NCBI GenBank assembly: GCA_046350855.1
Contig: JAXLZM010000002.1
Location: 78,103 to 142,102, forward strand
Direction of reading: 5' to 3'
Origin: Candidatus Anderseniibacteriota bacterium
Lineage (GTDB): Bacteria > Patescibacteriota > JAUYIX01
Length of the DNA: 64,000 nt
How positions within the stretch are numbered: the first letter of the stretch is position 1; every line of letters begins with the position of its first letter. Positions 11,355 to 18,415 of this stretch are shown in pieces. A program made the position numbers and the translations under genes. Under the pieces are notes generated by a model, which searched no databases, was not told the origin of the DNA, and worked only from the letters and a program-made list of their open reading frames with translations.

Positions 11355-11806
11355 GTGACGAACTCTACCAAGAACTACTCCTCGAGCACGCCAAATCGCC
11401 TCGCAATGCGCGATCGATTGCCGATGCGCTCTCAACCGAGGAGCACAACATCCTCTGCGGCGACGCGGTTACGGTCTACGTGCAGTTGCGCGACAACAAG
11501 ATTGTCGACATCTCGTGTGTCGCACACGGCTGTGTGTTGTCTAAAGCCTCGGCTTCGCTTTTGACCGAGACGCTTAAGGACCTGTCAGTTGAACAAGCGC
11601 TCCAGGTAATTGAGTCCGTGCAACGTTCTGCCACGGGTGAACACACTGCAGAAGATCGCACCGCGCTACCCGAAGAACTAAAAGTCCTGGCAGGCGTTGC
11701 GCAGTACCCCGCCCGCGTTAAGTGCGTGACGATGGTGTGGCACGCCGCTAAAAAACTTCTCATGAGCGAACCCGCAGCAGTTCCACCACAAAATCATGCA
11801 GCTTAG
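11351..11806 (+). CDS. sufU: SufU (NifU-like) sulfur-transfer protein
   Basis: ELYQELLLEHAKSPRN, NILCGD, GCVLSKASAS, YPARVKC. Confidence 0.93.
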   Translation: MSDELYQELLLEHAKSPRNARSIADALSTEEHNILCGDAVTVYVQLRDNKIVDISCVAHGCVLSKASASLLTETLKDLSVEQALQVIESVQRSATGEHTAEDRTALPEELKVLAGVAQYPARVKCVTMVWHAAKKLLMSEPAAVPPQNHAA

Positions 11807-12350
11807 TACGCCACGCAAAGTAAAAAAGAATATTTCTGGCTGGTTGGTGCCGGCCGGCGTCCCGCAAACTCTAAAAAAAGGCACGCAGGTAGAAGTCATG
11901 CAAGCTTTGGGAGACACCATCACCCTCGCTACTGCTGATGGTCGACTGGTGCGGGTAGATGCGGAGTTCGCCCCGTGTATTGGGCTCAAAGCGAGCGACA
12001 TCAATGCGATGCCGCTACCCGAGGCGCCCAAAAACCAATCGATTGAGTCGCAAGTGCTCGACCAACTGCGGACCTGCTACGACCCTGAGATTCCGGTCAA
12101 CATCGTCGAGCTTGGTCTGATCTATAAGTACGAGATTAAGGGAACCAAAAAAACCGGCTACACAATATCGGTCACCATGACGCTCACGGCAGTAGGGTGT
12201 GGTATGGGAGAAGTCATTGCTCGAGAAATCGAAGCCAAAATCAAGCGCCTCCCGTACGTCAAAAGCTGCAAAGCGACCGTAACCTTTGACCCGCCTTGGG
12301 ATCAGAGTCGCATGTCGGAGGCGGCTCGGCTCCAGCTCGGCTTGCTCTAG
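11796..12350 (+). CDS. sufT: SufT / DUF59 Fe-S maturation protein
   Basis: VPAG, QALG N-terminal part; CYDPEIPVNIVELGLIY, MTLTAVGCGMG, FDPPWDQSRMSEAARLQLG. Confidence 0.9.
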   Translation: MQLSTPRKVKKNISGWLVPAGVPQTLKKGTQVEVMQALGDTITLATADGRLVRVDAEFAPCIGLKASDINAMPLPEAPKNQSIESQVLDQLRTCYDPEIPVNIVELGLIYKYEIKGTKKTGYTISVTMTLTAVGCGMGEVIAREIEAKIKRLPYVKSCKATVTFDPPWDQSRMSEAARLQLGLL

Positions 12351-12356
12351 CCGCCG

Positions 12357-12692
12357 TTAGCGCGCCACCCAGATCGCACCGTCGCGCACCTCAACCGCAA
12401 AGCTCTCCAGTGCTTCTTTGGCCGGTCCGTTGAGTACGGTTCCATCTAGATTGTACCGGCTGCCATGACACGGGCAGTCAATACTTTTGCGATCCCCTTT
12501 AAATTGTACGATGCAACGGAGGTGTGTGCAGATTGCGGTCAGAGCGCGCAGCTTGCCATCTTGCTTGAGCAGCACCGTATGCACATCGCCGACCGTACCA
12601 ACCATTCCGGCCCCCTCCGCAATGTCCGCAAACCTAACAGCATCTCGCATCGGGCTTAAAAATGGCTTAAATTCTGGTTTTACGTCCGTCAT
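12357..12692 (-). CDS. Small Rieske [2Fe-2S] domain protein
   Basis: CTHLRC and CPCHGSRYNLDGTVLNGPA; probable start ATG 12692. Confidence 0.9.
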   Translation of the reverse strand: MTDVKPEFKPFLSPMRDAVRFADIAEGAGMVGTVGDVHTVLLKQDGKLRALTAICTHLRCIVQFKGDRKSIDCPCHGSRYNLDGTVLNGPAKEALESFAVEVRDGAIWVAR

Positions 12693-12924
12693 AGCCACAG
12701 TAAAACACAGAACGCCCCCCGAGAGGAGAGCGTTCTGTACTAGGAAGTGTTTCTTGCGACTGAGTATACCACCAGCTCTCACTCGCGTTACCCACATGTG
12801 CACAGCTCAGGACTCTAGTTTTGCTTGCAAAATAAAAATCGACCTCTCGGTGAGAGAGTGAGCGCTCGTTACGTTGTGTTTTTTTAAAATCGGCTGAACA
12901 CCAAACATGCTCGACTATTTTTTA

Positions 12925-12957
12925 TAAAGAAAGAGGGGCTCGCTGCTGCGGGCCCCC
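12925..12957 (-). terminator. Intrinsic terminator
   Basis: GGGGCCCGCAGCAGCGAGCCCC stem-loop followed by TCTTTCTTT on the minus strand. Confidence 0.65.
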
Positions 12958-13465
12958 TGGGGTTCTACTCGTTGTTGGGTTGTCGTCGCTAGTTCGGCTT
13001 GAAATGTCTCCAGCGCATGAGGTTGGTTCTTTCTGCCGGATTTTCTAGATCGGCGATCGGATGGTCAGGTGGCGCTCCCTGAAGCGTTTGAGGGGTCGAT
13101 CTGGCTTGGTGAGAATCCTGCGCTAGAACTAGGTTAGATCGTGGGCGCTCACCGTTGTTCCACTTATGGTCATGAGACCTACAGGTCTCCATTGGTTGGG
13201 GGTGATGCGCGACGTGTCGTTGCTAGTGAGGGCAGGAGTTTCTCGCCGCAGAGTCGAGTCTCAAGTTCGCTGTAGTCAGTGCGCTGCGCCTTGAGCTACT
13301 CAAAGTCGCACCGACGTGCGCTGGCTACGTGAACGGTCGGGAGAAGAACCGGGACGGGTTCTGCATCGACCTACGTACCTCCTTGATCTTATAGTGCCGA
13401 ACGAGTGAAGGAACAATCCTGTCTGAGGAGGGAAGGCTACGGAAGCTCCCCAAACGGATCATAGG

Positions 13466-13494
13466 AGGCTAGCAGACCAACCCGACTTTGTCAA
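13466..13494 (-). promoter_or_regulatory. Sigma70-type promoter driving an unannotated minus-strand transcript
   Basis: TTGACA (13494-13489), 17 nt spacer ending TGC, TAGCCT (13471-13466). Confidence 0.55.
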
Positions 13495-13596
13495 TAAGGC
13501 CCTACTCACAGCCGCTTGCGGGCGTAGTAAAGGATTGCTAAAAACAGCCCAGAGACTGCTCTTTAAAGTGGTAAACGCGATGAGTGAGGTACGGCC

Positions 13597-14172
13597 ATGG
13601 AAAGCACCTATAACCAACATCCCGTTGGTGAGTGTGCGCACTGTCACCTCACCAAACGTCTCCCACACAAACACCTCGGTGACCGGATTTGTGCTACCTG
13701 CTACAGGTTGGAGCACCCCCGGCCCCAACGACCGTGCCATACATGCAGCCGAGTCAGGCCAGTTGCTAAGCGCACCGCAGATGGACCGCTTTGTAAAACG
13801 TGCTACGACAAGCAGTACAAACCGCCCCGAGTGCGCTGCTCGCGTTGTCACAAGCGTCGGGCTTTGCAAATCAAAAATCCACGCTGTTGTGTAACGTGCT
13901 ACAAACAGTATCACTGGAAACGCAAGCGGCAGAAGTGCAGCGGCTGCGGTCGGATCCGTTCGGTCGTCAAGCGCACCTCCCTGGGTGAACCCCTCTGTAC
14001 GGGCTGTCGACAAAGTACGTATCAAGCCCCGTGTAGGCATTGTGCGCGATGTAATAAGCTCCGTCCTGTCGATATGTACGAGGCGGGCAAACCCATCTGC
14101 ACGAGTTGCGCAGCGGCCATCCGGAATTTTCAAAAAAAGCTTACTGAGATAGACCAACCAGCTTCCGCGTAA
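13597..14172 (+). CDS. Basic Cys-rich protein with ten CxxC motifs (about five tandem zinc ribbons)
   Basis: CAHC/CATC, CHTC/CKTC, CSRC/CVTC, CSGC/CTGC, CARC/CTSC; upstream GAGGT ribosome-binding site; strong terminator directly after the stop. Confidence 0.75.
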   Translation: MESTYNQHPVGECAHCHLTKRLPHKHLGDRICATCYRLEHPRPQRPCHTCSRVRPVAKRTADGPLCKTCYDKQYKPPRVRCSRCHKRRALQIKNPRCCVTCYKQYHWKRKRQKCSGCGRIRSVVKRTSLGEPLCTGCRQSTYQAPCRHCARCNKLRPVDMYEAGKPICTSCAAAIRNFQKKLTEIDQPASA

Positions 14173-14203
14173 CCCCGTGCGACTAGTCGCACGGGGTTCT
14201 TTT
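14171..14203 (+). terminator. Intrinsic terminator
   Basis: Perfect inverted repeat AACCCCGTGCGACTAGTCGCACGGGGTT followed by CTTTT. Confidence 0.8.
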
Positions 14204-14220
14204 GTGGGAGTGCCCAGGTC

Positions 14221-14249
14221 TTGACAAAAGTTGTCAAATACGCTACTGT
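14221..14249 (+). promoter_or_regulatory. Promoter of the small zinc-ribbon gene
   Basis: TTGACA, 17 nt spacer, TACTGT; the -35 box is part of the palindrome TTGACAAAAGTTGTCAA. Confidence 0.55.
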
Positions 14250-14328
14250 GCCCGTCGACTAGTAGTTTGCCGAGGCACACAGTGACCCCAAACAAACAGT
14301 AGTCGGTTAACAAGTAATAGGAAATCAC

Positions 14329-14508
14329 GTGTCCTTCGACAACGATCGCGGTGGGCAAGGTGGATTCCGACGTCAAATGGTCCAGGGTAACTGGAAGTGC
14401 AGCAACTGCGGCACCGAAATTACCCAGCTCCCATTTGAACCAGACGGTCAGCGTCCGGTGTATTGTCGGGATTGCCACGCCCAGCGCCGCGCAGAGCGCG
14501 GTCGCTAA
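14329..14508 (+). CDS. 59-aa CxxC-x17-CxxC zinc-ribbon protein (missing from the ORF track)
   Basis: Hand translation from GTG: MSFDNDRGGQGGFRRQMVQGNWKCSNCGTEITQLPFEPDGQRPVYCRDCHAQRRAERGR*; has its own promoter and terminator. Confidence 0.88.
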   Translation: MSFDNDRGGQGGFRRQMVQGNWKCSNCGTEITQLPFEPDGQRPVYCRDCHAQRRAERGR

Positions 14509-14517
14509 CGCGACCAA

Positions 14518-14548
14518 GACCGCCCCTTTATCGGGGCGGTTTTGTTTT
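14518..14548 (+). terminator. Intrinsic terminator
   Basis: ACCGCCCC-TTTATC-GGGGCGGT followed by TTTGTTTT. Confidence 0.8.
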
Positions 14549-14629
14549 ATACTGAACCAGTCGAGTACGACCGGTTCTTTTGCTACTTCTCAGTAACTAC
14601 AGATAACGGTTCATCCGTAAGGAGCGCAT

Positions 14630-15355
14630 ATGATCGCACCGACTCCAACGACCATGACCATCCCTTGGCGATCTCTGCGCGGGATCGTCTTTGATATGGA
14701 TGGGGTCTTGTTTGATACCGAGCCCCTCAACCAGCAGGCCGAACAGCACATCTGCCAAACCCGTGGGTGGGATATTCCCGAGCGGGAGTGGCAGCACCTC
14801 AGGGGTAAAACCAACCACTCCGTCTTTACGCATCTTTTACAAGTGGCCCGGGTTGCTGCCACCGAGGAGTTGCTGGATGAACTAATCCAGCAAAAGCGCG
14901 CAGAGTTTTTACGGTTAGCCGCCACTGCTCAACCGATCAAAGGCGCCCTCGCCTTTGTGCGGCGAGTGAGGTTACTCTATGAGCGATTGGCGCTGACGAC
15001 ATCCAGTAATCGTCTTGTGCAGCAGGCCTTGTGTGAACGGTTTTTGCTGGCGGAGATCTTTGATACGGTCGTCACCGGTGACGATGTTCCGCGCGGTAAG
15101 GGCAAGCCCGACCCGACACCGTACCTGCTCACCATTAGCCGCCTCTGGCTGGATCCTAGGTTGCTCTGCGCTGTCGAGGATTCACTAAACGGTGTCCGGT
15201 CAGCGCGTGCAGCCGGGTGCTTTGTGACCGGTCTCACGACGTCGTTTTCGCGGGCCGAACTAACTCAGGCCGGAGCACATCTCGTTGTCTCGAGCTTTGA
15301 GGAGCTAGCCACAGAGCTGGCTAGGTCACCTCATTCGGTGGTTCATCCATTTTAA
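14630..15355 (+). CDS. HAD-superfamily phosphatase (beta-PGM/YqaB-like)
   Basis: FDMDGVLFDTE, GKPDPTPYL, VEDSLNGVRSARAAG. Confidence 0.92.
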   Translation: MIAPTPTTMTIPWRSLRGIVFDMDGVLFDTEPLNQQAEQHICQTRGWDIPEREWQHLRGKTNHSVFTHLLQVARVAATEELLDELIQQKRAEFLRLAATAQPIKGALAFVRRVRLLYERLALTTSSNRLVQQALCERFLLAEIFDTVVTGDDVPRGKGKPDPTPYLLTISRLWLDPRLLCAVEDSLNGVRSARAAGCFVTGLTTSFSRAELTQAGAHLVVSSFEELATELARSPHSVVHPF

Positions 15356-15387
15356 GCTAGATCAGGACTACACGAATACAGTACTAA

Positions 15388-15420
15388 AGGCCGCGCTCTA
15401 CGAGCGCGGCCTGTTCTCTC
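15388..15420 (+). terminator. Probable terminator hairpin after the HAD gene
   Basis: AGGCCGCGCTC-TAC-GAGCGCGGCCT. Confidence 0.6.
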
Positions 15421-15442
15421 TGTGCGCACTAAAAAAGGCCAT

Positions 15443-15481
15443 AAAAATAAAAGCCGGGGTAGAGGTGTCACTCTACCCCGG
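15443..15481 (-). terminator. Intrinsic terminator
   Basis: CCGGGGTAGAG-loop-CTCTACCCCGG followed by CTTTTATTTTT on the minus strand. Confidence 0.8.
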
Positions 15482-15771
15482 AGTCAACGATCACCCTCTC
15501 CGTAAGGTTAAGGTGTGACCGGACGTGGAGGAACCTGGGAGGAGTAAGACCTCCTACAGAGTCTCTGGTCAGCAAGGTATCCCGACAACATGCTCTGTTC
15601 CACACGGACAGGTTCCATTGAAGTAATGCGCTGCAAAAAAGGTTAAGACCCGTTCCCCTGGGTTATGAGGAAGTTTTAGGATTGGGTTAGTTAGACCCTT
15701 TGCCAAAGGAACGGGTGCTGACGGAGGGAGGGAGAAGAGATGAAGTTCACCCGACTGCCGTAAGCGTCGCC

Positions 15772-15799
15772 AGGCTAGCAAATCTCGTCGGGCTGTCAA
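15772..15799 (-). promoter_or_regulatory. Sigma70-type promoter driving a second unannotated minus-strand transcript
   Basis: TTGACA (15799-15794), 16 nt spacer ending TGC, TAGCCT (15777-15772). Confidence 0.5.
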
Positions 15800-15855
15800 G
15801 GATTGTGCCAAAACAAAAAACGCCACGCGCTAACGCGAGGCCAAACAGTGGTTGG

Positions 15856-15933
15856 TGGTAGTCCCATCGGGATTCGAACCCGAGTTTTCTGGCTGAAAAC
15901 CAGACGTCCTAGGCCAGGCTAGACGATGAGACC
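15856..15933 (-). tRNA. tRNA-Glu(TTC)
   Basis: Cloverleaf GGTCTCATCGTCTAGCCTGGCCTAGGACG-TCTGG-TTTTCAG-CCAGA-AAACTCGGGTTCGAATCCCGATGGGACTACCA with encoded CCA. Confidence 0.96.
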
Positions 15934-15954
15934 AGACTACGCTAAGAAGCTACC

Positions 15955-17031
15955 ATGCTCATCCTCGGAATTGAAAGTAGCTGCGACGAAACCGCCGCCG
16001 CCGTGGTCAACGGTCGGCTGGACGTGCTGGCCTCGGTCGTCTCCAGTCAGATCGACCTGCATCGGGTCACGCACGGCGTAGTCCCTGAGGTAGCCGCCCG
16101 CGCCCACACCGAAAAAATCCTGCCGGTCATCCATACCTGTCTGCGCAAAGCCCAGGTTGAACCGCGCGAACTCGACGCCATCGCCGTGACCCGCGGCCCG
16201 GGCCTCATCACCTCTCTCCTGGTCGGACTAGAGACCGCCAAAGCCCTTAGTTTTGCGCTCGGGGTTCCCCTCATTGGGGTGAACCATATCGAAGGGCATG
16301 TCCTCTCTAACTTACTGATGCGCCCCAAAAAATCACAGAGTGGTTTGCGCTTTGAAAAAAAGCGCTTGCCGCTCGTGGTACTGACGGTCTCAGGGGGACA
16401 CACCGAGTTGATCCTGTTGCAAGAGCTTGGTCGTTACAAATTGCTTGGTCGAACCCGCGACGATGCTGCCGGCGAGGCTTTTGATAAGGTCGCGCGCTTA
16501 CTGGACCTGCCCTATCCGGGTGGCCCGGCGATTGGCAAGCAAGCCGAGCAGGGTGACGCCACCCGTTTTGTGTTTCCGCGTCCGATGCTCAGTGCTCCTA
16601 ATTTTGACTTTTCGTTTGCTGGTCTCAAGACGGCCGTGGCACGCGAGGTGGAGCGCTTACCTAAAAAAGCTCGTAGCGGTCGCACCTGGCAGCAGCTCGT
16701 CCCGGACATCGCGGCCAGCTTTGAACAAGCCGTGGTTGACACGTTACTCGGCAAAGCCTTTAGAGCACTCCAAAACTACCAGGCCAAAGAGCTCTGGATC
16801 GTGGGAGGAGTTGCGGCTAACCAGCGTCTACGCACCCAAGCAGCGGCCCGAGCAAAAAAAGGACTGGACGGCCGTACGGTTCGTCTAGAGATCCCATCCT
16901 TTGAGTTTTGCACCGACAACGCCGTAATGATCGCAGCCGTTGGTGCACTCAAATACAAACAGAACCGGTTCGACCGGATCATCAACTTGCAAGCGGACCC
17001 CAACCTTGACCTAGTAGTGGTGCGCGGCTAA
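15955..17031 (+). CDS. tsaD: t6A tRNA threonylcarbamoyltransferase TsaD
   Basis: ILGIESSCDET, GVVPEVAARAH, NHIEGH, VSGGHT, DDAAGEAFDK, CTDNAVMI. Confidence 0.97.
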   Translation: MLILGIESSCDETAAAVVNGRLDVLASVVSSQIDLHRVTHGVVPEVAARAHTEKILPVIHTCLRKAQVEPRELDAIAVTRGPGLITSLLVGLETAKALSFALGVPLIGVNHIEGHVLSNLLMRPKKSQSGLRFEKKRLPLVVLTVSGGHTELILLQELGRYKLLGRTRDDAAGEAFDKVARLLDLPYPGGPAIGKQAEQGDATRFVFPRPMLSAPNFDFSFAGLKTAVAREVERLPKKARSGRTWQQLVPDIAASFEQAVVDTLLGKAFRALQNYQAKELWIVGGVAANQRLRTQAAARAKKGLDGRTVRLEIPSFEFCTDNAVMIAAVGALKYKQNRFDRIINLQADPNLDLVVVRG

Positions 17032-17042
17032 CCTTAGAGCAC

Positions 17043-18371
17043 ATGGCTACTAGATCTTCCCGAGCCCTCTGGCTCTTGCCAACTATCCTGATCGGCATCG
17101 CGATTGCAGCGGCACTCGTGGCCTATTTTTTTGGTGATCAAATTGCAACTTTTGTCCACTACCGAGGACCGGGGGGCGATACTTCAGCCTCGATCGTAGC
17201 GATTGCCTGTACCGACCAAGGTGAGGATGGCAGCTGTGAGGGCGACAAAGGCCGTCTAGAAAACGTCCAGCTGGAGTTGACCCAGCCCAGTGGTGCGGTC
17301 TTGACCGGCAGCACGGATGCCAATGGCTTGCACCGTTTTGACAACGCCGAGTTTGGCAACAGCAGTCTCCTCGTGACCTTGCCTTTTCCGGGTCGCCTGA
17401 CCACCAGTAACCCCATCACCGTGATGGTCCCGGCCCCGACCGGTTCGAGCAGCTTTGAGGTCAATGTTTTTATTCCAGTCGCCCTCACGGGTGAGTCCAG
17501 CCTGAGTGCCGCGATCTCCTACGTTAACCCGCAACGCCCCGGGGCGCTCCTCGGTACGGCCAAACCGGTTACAGTCGAGACCGTCTACCCCGGTCAGACC
17601 ATCGGCGTCGAGATAGCCGTCAAAAATTTACAGCCCCTCTCCGGCAGAACCACCTTTACCATCATCGATGATTTTGACGATCAGTGTGTCGAGGCTGCCT
17701 CGGAGTTGTTCCCGGCTAACAGCTCGACCGATGGACGCAAGGTAACCTGGAAGCTCGACACGCAAGGCGCCAAAAATTTTGATCGGAACTTGCGCTATCA
17801 GATGCGGTTCAAGACCAGCTTGCCTGAGATCGATCCGCTCCTCTGTACCAACCGGGTCACGATTCTCTCAGCCGAGGGTGCTACGCTCGGCACCGCCACC
17901 GGAACGGTGCAAGTCCTGCCGCTACCCGCGGGACGCGGCGTTCTCGAAATGACCAAGCGTGTGACCGATCTCAACGGTGGCGCGATTAAAGCGGGTGACA
18001 AACTTCAGTACACCTTGGCCCTCACTAACATCGGTCTCTCGCAGGGTGTCACGACCTTACGGGATGATATGCCCGCCCTGGTCAGTGACCCCGTGCTCGT
18101 TACCGCCCCTGATCCGACCAAAGTGCAGGTCTCCAAGACCGGCGGCAAAAACGGAACCGGCTTTATCGAAATCAAAAATCTACTCATCCCAGTCACCAGC
18201 CAAGTCGGGGAACAAGTCACGATCAGCTTTACCGTCACGGTCAAATCCGATGCTAAAACCTTTGAGACGATCGACAACTACGTTACGGTGACGGGCGCCA
18301 AGGGTGCTTACGTCGAGGCCCGCAATCGCACCAAGGTCGGGCAAGTTCCCATTTTGATCAAGGCCCAGTAA
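17043..18371 (+). CDS. Membrane-anchored surface protein with Ig-like/DUF11-type repeats
   Basis: N-terminal TM helix; beta-rich repeats such as TKRV...KAGDKLQYTLALTNIG...LRDDMP. Confidence 0.7.
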   Translation: MATRSSRALWLLPTILIGIAIAAALVAYFFGDQIATFVHYRGPGGDTSASIVAIACTDQGEDGSCEGDKGRLENVQLELTQPSGAVLTGSTDANGLHRFDNAEFGNSSLLVTLPFPGRLTTSNPITVMVPAPTGSSSFEVNVFIPVALTGESSLSAAISYVNPQRPGALLGTAKPVTVETVYPGQTIGVEIAVKNLQPLSGRTTFTIIDDFDDQCVEAASELFPANSSTDGRKVTWKLDTQGAKNFDRNLRYQMRFKTSLPEIDPLLCTNRVTILSAEGATLGTATGTVQVLPLPAGRGVLEMTKRVTDLNGGAIKAGDKLQYTLALTNIGLSQGVTTLRDDMPALVSDPVLVTAPDPTKVQVSKTGGKNGTGFIEIKNLLIPVTSQVGEQVTISFTVTVKSDAKTFETIDNYVTVTGAKGAYVEARNRTKVGQVPILIKAQ

Positions 18372-18415
18372 CCAGGCGCGTTGCGTCGGTAGGGATTTTA
18401 GGTAAGTATCTACTC

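Noticed and set aside
13459-14517. 352-aa minus-strand ORF
   Set aside because: Shadow of two plus-strand zinc-ribbon genes that have their own expression signals; no recognisable motifs.
15840-15860. Repeated CCA units after tRNA-Glu as an integration (att) site
   Set aside because: I found no duplicated tRNA 3' end and no integrase in the window.
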